Assembly (NCBI GenBank): GCA_965200395.1
Contig: CBDAUH010000003.1
Span: forward strand, 959,097-1,023,096
Origin: Candidatus Poribacteria bacterium
Lineage (GTDB): Bacteria > Poribacteria > WGA-4E > WGA-3G
Length of the DNA: 64,000 nt
Reading direction: 5' to 3'
The position numbers were made by a program, and so were the translations under genes. Every line of letters begins with the position of its first letter. Position 1 is the first letter of the stretch. The notes below the pieces were generated by a model, which worked only from the letters and a program-made list of their open reading frames with translations, had not been told where the DNA came from and searched no databases. This document shows, one piece after another, positions 38,078 to 48,798 of the stretch.

Positions 38078-39209
38078 ATGAAACATAGAGATAAATTATT
38101 GTCGGTGTTCTCCCAATGTGCAGTCGCTTTTCTTCTCTTTTGCACAATAAGCACAGTACCAGCACAAACCATTCTCCGTGCCGAAGATATTGCGGAAAAA
38201 GCATTAGCAGCAACAGTATACTTGGAGATGCAGGACAAAAACGGAAAAACCCTCGGCATCGGCAGTGGGTTCTTTGTGAAATCTAATCTCATCGCTACGA
38301 ACTACCATGTGATCGAAGGCGCAGCCAAAGGCACCGCAAAGCTAGTCGGTAAATATACGCAATATAACATTGAAGGCGTTACTGCGACTGACAAGGTAAA
38401 CGACCTTGCACTTCTAAAGGTAACTGCGTACGGTATCAAACCGCTTTCGCTGGGTGAAAGCGATACTGTGCGAATCGGTGAGACGGTCTATGTTGCAGGT
38501 AATCCGAAAGGGTTAGAAGGCACCTTTTCGGATGGTCTTATCAGTAACCGTCGGGATAGGTACACAAAAGAACGTTTGCAGATGACTGCGCCGATTTCTC
38601 CTGGAAGCAGCGGTGGTCCCGTGCTAAACCGTAAAGGTGAAGTGATTGGTGTGTCCTTTGCTGTCTATAAGGATTTGGATGCACAGAACCTTAACTTTGC
38701 TATTCCATCTAGATACCTCAAAAAGCTGCTGAAGCAATCGGGGCTGGCAAAACCTTTGTCACAAGGACAATCTTCTATCTCTGCGGAGACCTACTTCCTA
38801 TGGGGAAATGCAAAGTACAAGTCAGGCGATTATGCGGGTGCCATTGCAGACTATACCAAGGCTATCCAACTCGAACCCAATGTTATCTCAGTATACAACA
38901 ATCGGGGACTTGCGAAGGCTAGCTTGGAACAATACGCTGCTGCGATTGCCGATTTTGACATTGCTATCAGACTACAGCCTGATGATGCCAATGCATACAA
39001 CAATCGAGGAATTGCGAAGTATGAGCTGGGGCAACACTTTGCTGCGATTTCAGATTATGATATTGCCATAAGACTCAAACCCAACAATGCTAATATATAC
39101 CACAATCGGGGGCTTGCAAAAGATAGCTTAGGACAACACTTTGCTGCGATTGCCGATTATGATATCGTCATAAGACTACAACCCAATAATGCCGGAGCAT
39201 ACCGTATTA
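38078..39209 (+). pseudogene. Trypsin-like protease-TPR paralogue, 5' part, interrupted by an IS4-family element
   Basis: Very similar to 31737..33419 through the protease domain and the first TPRs. The frame leaves TPR sequence exactly at the IS end (...NNAGAYRI then IS-encoded TIVWTFLVLL). Confidence 0.8.
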
Positions 39210-40769
39210 CTATAGTTTGGACATTTTTGGTCTTGTTATAGATTATGAATAGTTGGCAGCATTTCCCCGTTAGCACTTCTGAACAGGTGTTAGAACCGCT
39301 GCTAACGCCCCTTTTCTGTCTAAATTCTGTTAGAAATCACTGTTTTTTAGTCATCATTTTTCCAATAATCGTGAAAATAGTTGCTGTTGAACTAGTTCAT
39401 GTAGTATCTTCGGGGATTTTTAGTTTTTTCTGTGCGTTTTTCCTCGGGTCGTAACCCGTATAAAAATAGTTTTGTTGTAAACATCGCTGCAAGTAAGCGG
39501 TCATCAAGCCGCGTGTGAGATGTTTCGGTTTATACCAGTGTATATTGAGCGTGGATAGCACGTCTTCTAAATCAAGAGAAACCTTGTCTGTGTCTGTGTC
39601 TGCGGGTGTCTTAGGCAATGGCGACGGACTGAAAGCGAGTTGTGTCAGCGTTGCTGCGGTGAAACTGAGTTGAGCGAACCGATCCAAACTTTTCCTGTCT
39701 CGGAGTTGATAGGTGTCAAATCCGAAGTTTTCTTTAGCGTCCCGAAAGGCAGTTTCAATCTGCCACCGGTTTCTATAGTGTCGGATAACTGTTTCTACGG
39801 GCAGTCGTAAATCTGAAGTAAATACACAAAAATACCGATAGGGTTTAGACTTTTTCAAGCGTTTGCGTATCACAACGATGCGGACATCTACAGGACACAT
39901 CTTTGTTCGCACGACTTTATCAGCGACAGAAAGTGTCTGATCCTCAACAACGATATCTGTATACTTCAGGTGTGGAATAGACACACGGCTACCATACCGA
40001 CGGGGTCTGCCTCTCTTGAGACGCTTAGGGCGTTTCGGTATATCAAAAAACGCTGCGTTTGACTTCGCACGACAAAGTAAATGATGTCCTTGTGAGAGTA
40101 TCTCCGTGAACACTTTGCGTCTATTGAAACCTCTATCAAAAATGATAAGACCCGGTGGCACAAGATTACATAAATGCTTCAGCACAGCGAGGCTATTCGC
40201 GTCCTCGCTTTTCGGTTCCATCATCCGTGTGGCTAATGGAAACAGGCGCGTGCCTTCGGGCGTTTCTGCCAGCCAGCCAATCGCACCGAACTTGTGTCCG
40301 TGATGAAACTTGGACTGGTTCTTGTTACGTGGCTGATACGCAGGGTTCCTGCGGAAATGCAAACCCGCTTGTTTTGAACCGCTACTTATGGCATGCGTCT
40401 CATCATAGACATAGACGCCCGTGGGGTAAGCGGATAGCACTTGATGGCTTAGCGTAGTGGCGACTTGATCCACACACCAGATGCCACGCGAGAGAAACTT
40501 TGGCAGAGACCAATACCGACCTGCTTGGGCTGTCGCAAGATAGATTTGTGTCATTGTGCCTCGGTAGGGCGTATTTATCAGACCTTTTACGAAAGTCTGA
40601 AAGTGGTGAAAGTTATTATACTTGAACAAAGGTCAAAAATCTGATAACATGTTGTCCAAGTAGGAAAGTGGGGTCATTTGAAATATCCTTTCAAATTTGT
40701 GTTTCCTAAAAGGATACCCGCTTTCCTGCTTTATGTCCATAAAAAAAACAAAAAATGTCCAAACTATAG
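39210..40769 (-). mobile_element. IS4-family insertion sequence, copy B (diverged relative of copy A)
   Basis: Ends CTATAGTTTGGACATTTTT (39210..) and AAAAATGTCCAAACTATAG (..40769). A 10-bp direct repeat TACCGTATTA lies at 39200..39209 and 40770..40779. Confidence 0.8.
39397..40677 (-). pseudogene. IS4-family transposase with an in-frame TGA at codon 15
   Basis: The frame from ATG at 40677 reads MTPLSYLDNMLSDF-TGA-PLFKYNNF..., aligning with copy A (MNLLFCLDDILSDFQYLF...). The TGA is at 40633..40635. The track ORF 39397..40629 (TTG start, 410 aa) is the remainder and keeps the DDE and YREK motifs. Confidence 0.65.
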
Positions 40770-40919
40770 TACCGTATTAGAGGAGTTGAGAAAGCTCTTT
40801 TAGGTCGAAGGTTGGAAGCGAGGCAAGACCTCCGCACTGCACTGCGGCTTGCAACACAAGCAGGCGATGTGAGTCTTAAAGCGCATATAGAGGAGGGGCT
40901 GCGTATTCTTGATGAGTGA
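40770..40919 (+). pseudogene. Protease-TPR paralogue, 3' fragment
   Basis: In frame from the duplicated TACCGTATTA: YRIRGVEKALLGRRLEARQDLRTALRLATQAGDVSLKAHIEEGLRILDE-stop. This matches the C-terminus of 31737..33419. Removing the IS and one duplication copy restores a 423-aa ORF. Confidence 0.75.
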
Positions 40920-40949
40920 GTAGGAACGGTTTAGGAACACGTCACAATT

Positions 40950-42401
40950 GTAGGACAGACGCAAGTTTGGGTGTTTCTGTTTAGGATTACCCCCCTTTAT
41001 CCCGCACTTACCCCCATTTTTTTTTGAATGCGTGTGTAGTTGTGTTCATAGGTCTCCAATGTTGTCATGTCAGTTCTTCTGCGGTGAGAAAGTTTATATC
41101 TCTCAAACAAGTCCTCTCGGTGAACAAGAGCAACGCCTCCTGCGTCCACACCTCGCGGATCATACGGTTGATGACACTGATCACGGAGTAAACTTTCCGC
41201 GTAGGGTGTAAAGTTTTTGCCCATCTGTCCGCAGCTTTTTCATAACACAGGAACGCCAAACCATAAGCCACGACTGCCAACAAAAACAGAACTTCCATCC
41301 GGGGCTGTTCGTTCTTTCTCAAAACGAGTGCTTTGAAACCGAAGTTCGTTTTCAAGTCTCTGAACCCGTGTTCAATCTGTGTCCGCCGCTTGTAGCAAGT
41401 TCGCAGGGGGTTCCCCTGAAGCCGATTGGAGATAAGATATAACGGGTCTTTCTTGGTGTGCTGTCCCCCAACATAGAGTGCCACAGGCACCTGCTCCGTG
41501 TAGTGATAAAGCACTTGTGGGTAAAAACCATTTGCCACTTCTTCAAGGCACTGCTTGTTGCCTGCTATACGCACACCAACATTGCGTGGCACACGCATCA
41601 AGTAGCAGATGCCTTGCCCCTCAAAAAACTTGAGGATCGCTCTCGCTCGGGCGAACCCTCTGTCAAAAACCAACACAGGCTCCCGACTATCCCCTAACAC
41701 TTTAACAACGCGACTATGGACATCACAACAGAACTGCTGAACTAAATCGTTATGTCCTTGATAGGTGCCATCTTTGAGCATCTCATTTTTATACAGAACC
41801 CAATAGAGCGGGATCGCACGATTGCGAAACGGAAGGGCTGCAACAATCGCCTTCCATCCGCCCGGTAAATCTGTCTCGTCTATCAGCACAAGCAGATGCT
41901 GCATCCCCACAGAACGACACACACTGACAACTATATGTGACAACCAAGCACCCTTCACCGCTGCAACCGGAAAATAGGTGTCAATAAACCGCAACACACG
42001 CTTTTGCTTAGACTTGTCGTGTTTCACACGGATAGGTAGATGTGAGGCAATCGATTGAATACGAAAACTTGGGGCTACACACACAGCCTGTAGCATCAAA
42101 TAAAAGTTGCGGAGCGTCGGTTTTTTGATACAAATCCCGTTGAAAACTTTACGAAAACCTGTTATAATCTTTCTGGGATGTACCCAGCTAAGGGTATATT
42201 TCATAAGAATACCTCCCTGCCGGTTTTTCACCGACATTGGTTTATATGGAGGTATTCTACCATAACCCATCAGACTTTCCAACTTATTTCTATACACACA
42301 CACGCCTACACATACCGCATACAAAAATGGGGGTAAGTGAGCCCGCAAGCGGGGGGAATGAGAGAGTGGTACCCGCAGGCGGAGGGAATACGTAAGTCCT
42401 G
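40950..42401 (-). mobile_element. Third IS (IS4-like, different lineage); boundaries approximate
   Basis: The sequences flanking it (...CACAATT and AATTACTGAAGGAAACTG...) are contiguous in the paralogous 3' region after 33419. There are imperfect subterminal inverted repeats around ACTTACCCCCATTTTT (about 41005 and 42335) and similar ends (T/C)AGGAC. A possible 4-bp AATT duplication is present. Confidence 0.55.
41065..42204 (-). CDS. IS4-like DDE transposase
   Basis: The ATG at 42204 follows GGGAGG; the track start at 42498 adds 98 low-complexity residues. Motifs LIDETD and VFDRGF, and Y-(2)-R-(3)-E-(6)-K in YKRRTQIEHGFRDLK. Confidence 0.85.
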   Translation of the reverse strand: MKYTLSWVHPRKIITGFRKVFNGICIKKPTLRNFYLMLQAVCVAPSFRIQSIASHLPIRVKHDKSKQKRVLRFIDTYFPVAAVKGAWLSHIVVSVCRSVGMQHLLVLIDETDLPGGWKAIVAALPFRNRAIPLYWVLYKNEMLKDGTYQGHNDLVQQFCCDVHSRVVKVLGDSREPVLVFDRGFARARAILKFFEGQGICYLMRVPRNVGVRIAGNKQCLEEVANGFYPQVLYHYTEQVPVALYVGGQHTKKDPLYLISNRLQGNPLRTCYKRRTQIEHGFRDLKTNFGFKALVLRKNEQPRMEVLFLLAVVAYGLAFLCYEKAADRWAKTLHPTRKVYSVISVINRMIREVWTQEALLLFTERTCLRDINFLTAEELT

Positions 42402-42580
42402 AATTACTGAAGGAAACTGAACAATTTGGGCGTACACAACAATTGATAGAAAATTCAGTTGCAAAGCGGTCCGAGGTGTAGTCGTCAGGAAGTTTCAAAC
42501 CACGGATATTTCTTCAGTAGATTCAAAAGTTTAGATATTTTAGGATTTATGTTGTTTTGCTTCAGTGTGCGTGGGTGAAG

Positions 42581-42910
42581 ATGCGCAACCTGGAAAGGTT
42601 ATGCTACAAAGATGCGCAACCTGGAAAGGTTATGCTACAAAGATGCACAACCTGGAAAGGTTATGCTACATAGGCGAACTGCACAACCTGGAAGGGTTAT
42701 GCTACACAGTGCGGGCGAACATGCGCAACCTGGAAAGGTTATGCTACATAGTGTGCGGACCAACATGCACAACCTGGAAAGGTTATGCTACAAAGATGCA
42801 CAGCTTGGAAAGGTTATGCTACATAGTGTGCGTGGTGAATATGCACAACTTGGACATGTTATGCTACATAGTGGGACGAACTACACAATCCTGGACAGGT
42901 TGTGGGACAT
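42581..42910 (+). repeat. Tandem array of nine copies of the 30-bp hairpin repeat
   Basis: Unit ATGC(R)CAACCTGGAAAGGTTATGCTACA(W)A, with 1 to 15 nt between units. The last two units are degenerate. Each unit can fold as GCA.AACCT-GGAA-AGGTT.TGC. Confidence 0.85.
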
Positions 42911-42950
42911 TATGTGGCAACTTAGGTTATGTTAATCAATGGAGGTAATT

Positions 42951-43598
42951 ATGTCAAAAATTCTTGTGCTATCTGGTGAAAACCATAAATTCAATGCAAG
43001 TGCAAGTGTTATACACGGTTTTCTTGATGAGGATGCAGAAATTTCAGCAACGTTAACGGACGATAAGGATATTTTGGCATCCAAGGAGTTAAATAACTAC
43101 GATGCATGTGTCTTTGGCACTGGCTTCACTCGGTCAGAACGTCAAGCGGATGGTACATCCACACGTGTTCCGGATTTGACTCCTGGACAAGAAGATGGTC
43201 TGTTTCAGTTTGTTGAGGGTGGTAAAGGATTGGTTGGTATTCACGGTACTGCTTGGTGGATTGGTGGGCGTGCAGTTGATCTCATCGGTGGACATTCGAA
43301 CTGGCATCCACCAGGTTCTACATTCACTGTGCATATTGAGGACACAGAACACCCGACAACTCAAGGTGTTTCCGATTTCGATGTTGAAGATGAAATTTAC
43401 ATCTCAGCACACGATCCACACATTCATGTGTTAGCTTCCGCGGAGTGGTTCGGTAAAGCACACCCGATGGCATGGGTAAAGACCTATCGTTCGGGTAAAG
43501 TCTTTTATACAACTTTGGGGCACGGTCCCGGAACTTTTGAGCGGTTGGGTATGCAGAAATTTCTTACGCAAGCGGTGAGATGGGCAGCGACATCCTAA
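42951..43598 (+). CDS. ThuA domain-containing protein
   Basis: The ATG at 42951 follows GGAGG. The pattern VGIHG ... HP ... FYTTLGH is typical of ThuA-like class I glutamine-amidotransferase-fold proteins. Confidence 0.7.
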   Translation: MSKILVLSGENHKFNASASVIHGFLDEDAEISATLTDDKDILASKELNNYDACVFGTGFTRSERQADGTSTRVPDLTPGQEDGLFQFVEGGKGLVGIHGTAWWIGGRAVDLIGGHSNWHPPGSTFTVHIEDTEHPTTQGVSDFDVEDEIYISAHDPHIHVLASAEWFGKAHPMAWVKTYRSGKVFYTTLGHGPGTFERLGMQKFLTQAVRWAATS

Positions 43599-43607
43599 AC
43601 CAGAACG

Positions 43608-44696
43608 ATGCACACCCTAAAGATCGAATCCGTAGAAACAGAAATTATTCCCGTTAACCATCGTGGCAATTGGGTATTCGTTGAACTTCAAGCGGAAGAT
43701 GGCACGATTGGCATTGGTGAAGCATCCCATGGTAGAGATGATGAGAAGGTTAGACATCTAATCCAATCTCTTGCACCTGCGCTGATGGGATGGAATGTGT
43801 TTGAGCTTGAATCGTTTCGTCGTCGGTTCTTTCGTGATAGCGAAGGACATGCTTATCATACTGCAATTAGTGGGATTGAGCATGCAATGTGGGATTTGGC
43901 GGGTAAGGCTTTAGATGTTCCGATCTATCAACTTTTAGGTGGCAAGTGCAGAAATAGTATTAGACTATATGCAAATATAAACCGTGCGACGATAGATCGC
44001 AGTCCACAAGGTTTTGCAAAGAGTGCTGAGCAGGCAGTTGCAGAAGGATTTACAGCGATCAAGTGCGCGCCTTTTGATGGGGTATCGGTTTCGGATATTT
44101 CGAAGGGAACAATTATGTCGGCGATTCATCAAGGGGTCGATAGGATCCGGGCTATCCGCGCAACCATCGGATCGGAAGTTGATCTATTAGTAGATTGCCA
44201 CAGTCGATTTAATCCTGGCCTTATCATACAAACTGTGAAGGCATTAGATGATCTCAATCTATTTTGGATTGAAGATCCTGTACCGTTAGATGACCTTGAT
44301 GCGGTTGCACATGTCAGCATGTCAACTTCTATGCCGATTGCAACAGGAGAACGTCTCCGCTCACTGAATGACTTTGACAGACTGATAAGACACGGACGCG
44401 TTGATTACATCTTACCGGATGTAAAACATGTCGGTGGTTTGTTAGGATTGAAGAAGATTGCAACGTTGGCAGAGACAACGAATGTCAAGGTCACACCTCA
44501 CAATCCCAGTGGTCCTGTTGCAACAGCTGCAAGTGTGCAATGCATGGCAAGCGTACCGAACTTTGGTATCCTTGAATATGCTTGGGGTGAGGTGGATTGG
44601 CGGAGTACACTTGTTGATCCACCTGAACAAATAAAAGACGGTTTTATTGAACTTTCTACGCGGTCTGGATTAGGTATATCGCTCAAATCGCTTTAA
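43608..44696 (+). CDS. Enolase-superfamily enzyme (mandelate racemase/muconate lactonizing, sugar-acid dehydratase-like)
   Basis: 362 aa. LLVDCH, FWIEDP, IATGER and DYILPDVKHVGG metal-ligand and barrel motifs. Confidence 0.85.
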   Translation: MHTLKIESVETEIIPVNHRGNWVFVELQAEDGTIGIGEASHGRDDEKVRHLIQSLAPALMGWNVFELESFRRRFFRDSEGHAYHTAISGIEHAMWDLAGKALDVPIYQLLGGKCRNSIRLYANINRATIDRSPQGFAKSAEQAVAEGFTAIKCAPFDGVSVSDISKGTIMSAIHQGVDRIRAIRATIGSEVDLLVDCHSRFNPGLIIQTVKALDDLNLFWIEDPVPLDDLDAVAHVSMSTSMPIATGERLRSLNDFDRLIRHGRVDYILPDVKHVGGLLGLKKIATLAETTNVKVTPHNPSGPVATAASVQCMASVPNFGILEYAWGEVDWRSTLVDPPEQIKDGFIELSTRSGLGISLKSL

Positions 44697-44721
44697 ACAG
44701 AACATTTTAGGGGATAATGTT

Positions 44722-45468
44722 ATGAAACATCTAATACTACTCAATTTATTTCTAATCGTATTTTTATTGGGTTGCCTTGGAGGTCAACAGACTGCAATAC
44801 AACCTGTGGAGACAGAAACATCCTCAACTGAGGGAGAATCTCCGAATGCACTTGCGGTTCTGGAACTTTCAACACCAAAAACGGACTATTCAGCACAAGA
44901 CACAATCCCGATTGAACTTCACATTCGAAATGGCAAGTTTGATCTGCTTGTACCGATTTCCAGTGTTGCTATGCAACGTGCTTTTAGGCAACTAACTGTT
45001 ACGGATAGCAACGGTGTGGTAGTCAAGAGCAAAAAGATGGTTCCGCTTGGAAACACGCTCAAAACACTTTATAAGGATGGAAAATCTATCAGATGTGTTC
45101 AGGGTTTTGATATGAAAGCAGGCACAACACAGAAAGCTTCCTTGGATAATCTGCTTGAATATTATAAGCTTGCACCCGGTAGTTACACAGTCGCAGTAAC
45201 ACTTGAATTAGAGGTATACGATGAATTCATGCAGGATCAGCATCCGCAAATTATAGAATTGGAACGCGAGATATATGGTATTCAGAATAGTCCTAATCCG
45301 CAGTTTACACCGGAGGTAAAAAAAGAGGCGATTGGTTACAAACAAGACCAAATTAAATTGATCCAGGAAAAGTATAAAGATGAATTGCTGAACATATATC
45401 TTCCATTAAAGTCGCGCCGAGGGAAAGCTTTACTTGAATCTAACACCATTGCTATTACCATAGAATAG
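44722..45468 (+). CDS. Putative lipoprotein, function unknown
   Basis: 248 aa. Signal peptide with lipobox LLGC. Confidence 0.5.
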   Translation: MKHLILLNLFLIVFLLGCLGGQQTAIQPVETETSSTEGESPNALAVLELSTPKTDYSAQDTIPIELHIRNGKFDLLVPISSVAMQRAFRQLTVTDSNGVVVKSKKMVPLGNTLKTLYKDGKSIRCVQGFDMKAGTTQKASLDNLLEYYKLAPGSYTVAVTLELEVYDEFMQDQHPQIIELEREIYGIQNSPNPQFTPEVKKEAIGYKQDQIKLIQEKYKDELLNIYLPLKSRRGKALLESNTIAITIE

Positions 45469-45476
45469 AGGGTATC

Positions 45477-46175
45477 ATGAAAACATTAATAGTTCTCAGC
45501 ACACTGCTTCTCTTTTTCTGTAGTTGTATTAGTCAAACAACCCGGAACATGCAAAGTTATGAGAGGGCTTCTAGCATACAAAAAGATCGTGAAGATTTGC
45601 TTGAATCTTACGGAGAAATACGACGTGATCAAGACAAACAGACGCATGAATATGCGGTCCGAGATCAGTTGATTGGTAAATGGCAGCTTGTGAGTCTCAC
45701 GTTTGAAGAGGGGGATATACCGCAGCCGACGTTGGCTATCAAGGTGTCACTTGCTGCGACTGCTCGTCAGAATCTGAGCCTTGAATTTTTCAATGAATAT
45801 GCCCGTTACGGTTTTCGCGGGAATAGTTTTCGCGGGAATAGGAATAGTTTTCGCGGGAATAGTAGAGGCATACAAGTAGGCGGAGATTATGATATTGAAA
45901 GCCTGCTCTATGTAGAGACACTTTATCCTGTTATAACCTTTTCTCGGCGTCAAGGGGAACCAATTGAACGTTTTTTGTTCGGTGAAGCAGCCCAACGTGA
46001 GGAGAACGATACGCCTTTTTCACGGGCGTTAATCCCTGGTATCAATGTCTCGTTTTCCAAAGACGACGTTGGTGATGAGTTGTTGCATTTGAAGCGTTCC
46101 GGTAGAATGGAACTGACCCCGGATGGTTGGGGTAAGACAGGACAAATTCATTGTATTTTTCGAAAAATCGAATAG
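45477..46175 (+). CDS. Putative secreted protein or lipoprotein, function unknown
   Basis: 232 aa. Hydrophobic N-terminus ending FFCSC. Internal FRGNS repeat encoded by a 15-bp tandem repeat (45811..45861). Confidence 0.5.
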   Translation: MKTLIVLSTLLLFFCSCISQTTRNMQSYERASSIQKDREDLLESYGEIRRDQDKQTHEYAVRDQLIGKWQLVSLTFEEGDIPQPTLAIKVSLAATARQNLSLEFFNEYARYGFRGNSFRGNRNSFRGNSRGIQVGGDYDIESLLYVETLYPVITFSRRQGEPIERFLFGEAAQREENDTPFSRALIPGINVSFSKDDVGDELLHLKRSGRMELTPDGWGKTGQIHCIFRKIE

Positions 46176-46225
46176 AATCAATTGTATGCATTATCATAGT
46201 ATTCAGTAAATAAAAGGTATATCTG

Positions 46226-47775
46226 ATGAAAACGAGTATATGTATTTTTCTTATCTTTACACTATTTTTGGTTTCAATATTGTGTCTGTCGCCATGCGTT
46301 GCACAAGAGTATATTAACGGCCCGTGGCTTTGGATAATAGCACCTACCGAACCGGGACAGGGAGGAGCGATTTCCACTGATATAGATTCACTTGCAGTTG
46401 TCAGTGGGGGCGACGTTACGGAAATAGATGTTGCTACCAAGGGTGCAAAGGGGGGAGACTTTATTGGAGATTACGCGTGGACACTCAGTGAACTTCGCTT
46501 TAAGAACATTGAAAACACCTATAATTTTACCGGTGAAATTGATAATCTCACGGATCTTTTCCAGAAATTGAGATGGGTAGATGGTGAAGTGCTCGATCAT
46601 TCCGCTTACGGTTTGATTACACTTGAATCCGAGCTTGCTCAGAATGGGGTGACAATGAGTGTTGGCAGTGATGACTCTGTAAAAGTATGGCTCAACGGTG
46701 GGGTAGTCCATAAAAATGCAGTTGACCGAGGTTCAGGAGGTTACCAAGATACGTTTCAAGTTGATCTGAAACAGGGAGATAACTTGTTGATGGTGAAGGT
46801 AAGTCAAGCTTGGGGAAATTGGAGTATGTTTATCGGTGTGGATGCCGATGTAAGAGCAGTCTATAGAGCACCGTTGTCGGAATTGGAAAAAGTCACACTG
46901 TTGCTTGATTGGCTTCCCAACGTAGATCATGCTCCGCTTTATGTTGCACAAGAAAATAAGCTATTTGCTAAACATGGTTTATCGGTTGATTTGCGTTGGG
47001 GTGGTGACCCGGATGCACCGTTGAAGCTTGTGGCTGCTGGTAAAGTACCATTCGCTGTAAGTTATCAACAGCGTGTTACGATTGCACGTGCAAGTAAAGA
47101 AGAATTACCTATAAAATCAATTGGATTGCTCGTAGAACATCCACTTAATACGATTACATTTCTGAAGAAGTCGGGAATAAGAACGCCTGCAGATTTTAAA
47201 GGAAAAACTATTGGATATACGGTAGCTCCCTTGGATGTACTTCTGTTTAATGCGATCGCTGCGAATGCCGGTTTAGCCGAGGATGACTATAAATTAATCA
47301 ACATAGGTACGAATGTTATAGCCCCGCTTCTGGGGGTCAGATTGACGCAGTTATCGGACCTTTTCGAAACTACGAAGTCAATCTTTTGAAACTTAAGGGG
47401 GCAGAAGCGGATTTTTTTGCACTTGAGAAACATGGTATACCCGACTATTATGAGTTAGTCATAATCACTAATGACAAATATTTAGAAAAAGATACGAAAA
47501 CTGCAAAGAACCTGATGATGGCGATTCAGGAAGCTATTCAATTCACTAAAAAGAATCCTGACGTAGCATTGAAACTCTTTTTTCAGGCAAATCCTGATGC
47601 GGAGAAAGAATTAGAACAACTTGCTTTTCGGGATACTGTGGATCTATTTGCATCAACACAAGTTCAATCTAAAGAAAAATGGGAAGCTTTTGTGAAGTTT
47701 GCCCTTGAAAAAAATTTAATCTCAAAACCTGTCAAAGTGGATGATCTATTTGTAAACTTATTAGGGGAAAACTAA
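46226..47775 (+). pseudogene. Secreted fusion: unknown beta-rich N-domain + NMT1/THI5-like ABC substrate-binding domain; one apparent frameshift
   Basis: Track ORFs 46226..47389 and 47386..47775 join if the G5 run at 47332..47336 is read as G6: ...NVIAPLLGGQIDAVIGPFRNYEVNLLKLKGAEADFF.... LDWLPNVDHAPLYVA is the NMT1/ThiY-type motif. Confidence 0.7.
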
Positions 47776-48554
47776 ATCTTAGTATTGGGATGCCAGAGAT
47801 ATTCTTCAGTAACACCTAATTCCTCCAAAATTGGTGTAAGCAGTGATAGTTCTTCCAACTGTTTTATATTGTGTGCGTCACTTCCGATAAGCAGTTTCAC
47901 ATCTCGTTCCAAACATAGCTGATAGAATTCTACAAGATGTGTTTGATTATAACGGACCATTTTCGGACTGATTTCTATTCCCAGCCCACGTTGAGATACA
48001 AGGTCAAGTTGATAGATTAACCGCTTTTGCTCAACATTTCGCATCATTTCCTGACCAAATGCTGCAGTTTCCTCCTTTGAAAATTGGAAGACATCCGGTG
48101 AGAGCAGAAATGGGTGGACGATTGCATCGGTTATGGGGCATGCAACCGCTGCTTCGAACATATAGATTTCGTGAAATGCTACTCGGCGCGGGTCTCGGAA
48201 GCTTCTCGGTCGTGCTACACCGCGCAGGTGATAATGATTTGGAGCCATCAAGACATAATCGAAATATGAAGCCAAACGAATATTTATTGAGGTGGACTGA
48301 TATTCCAACATCTGTGACTCCACGCCGAAATGCACTTCAATTGAAGATTCTGTTTTCTTTATTGCCTGCTGTGCAGATTGAATCATCTTTATTTTTGATT
48401 GATAACTGTAATCGTGATCAGTTATTCCAATTGCCTTAAAACCGTGTTCCTGTTGAAGTTGGATAATTTTTTCTATACTGAACTCGTTGTCTGCGCATCC
48501 CGAAAGTTGGGTGTGGATATGGTAGTCACAACTAAGCATTTGGTACTCCTTCAA
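47772..48554 (-). CDS. PHP (polymerase/histidinol phosphatase) domain protein
   Basis: 260 aa. N-terminal CDYHIHT, GITDHD and later SDAH metal-binding motifs. Confidence 0.65.
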   Translation of the reverse strand: MKEYQMLSCDYHIHTQLSGCADNEFSIEKIIQLQQEHGFKAIGITDHDYSYQSKIKMIQSAQQAIKKTESSIEVHFGVESQMLEYQSTSINIRLASYFDYVLMAPNHYHLRGVARPRSFRDPRRVAFHEIYMFEAAVACPITDAIVHPFLLSPDVFQFSKEETAAFGQEMMRNVEQKRLIYQLDLVSQRGLGIEISPKMVRYNQTHLVEFYQLCLERDVKLLIGSDAHNIKQLEELSLLTPILEELGVTEEYLWHPNTKI

Positions 48555-48798
48555 ACTGTATCATTCCTAATAAGATTATTGCAAAATTTTGGACGTATTG
48601 CAACAAAAAATTGCATGAATGCATTGCTGTCAACAGAATTGTTTCAGTTTTAGGTTATCTCAACTTTTTCAGATAACGGAAACACGTGAGTTGTCAATTT
48701 TTTTATTGCACATATCAACAAATTTAGGATATACTTTATAGAAAAGCTGCGACATGACGTAAATCAATCTTAATGTGTAGAGATATAGGAAAATGTAG

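Noticed and set aside
42205-42498. The 98-residue N-terminal extension of the third transposase ORF
   Set aside because: The extension is low-complexity, Cys/Arg/Ser-rich and overlaps the IS subterminal repeat. An ATG with a GGGAGG RBS at 42204 starts the conserved part.
42565-42948. A possible CRISPR array, or two real ORFs (127 and 107 aa) over the 30-bp repeat array
   Set aside because: The spacers are only 1-15 nt and resemble each other (GTGTGCG...GAAC). The units are often directly abutting, there are no cas genes, and copies of the unit are dispersed singly elsewhere. The ORFs are just the repeat read in two frames (…NLERLCY… and …PGKVMLH… reiterated).
45811-45861. A 15-bp tandem repeat (GTTTTCGCGGGAATA x3) as a regulatory or contingency element
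   Set aside because: It lies in frame inside the 45477..46175 ORF and simply encodes FRGNS repeats. The unit length is a multiple of three, so copy-number change would not switch the frame.
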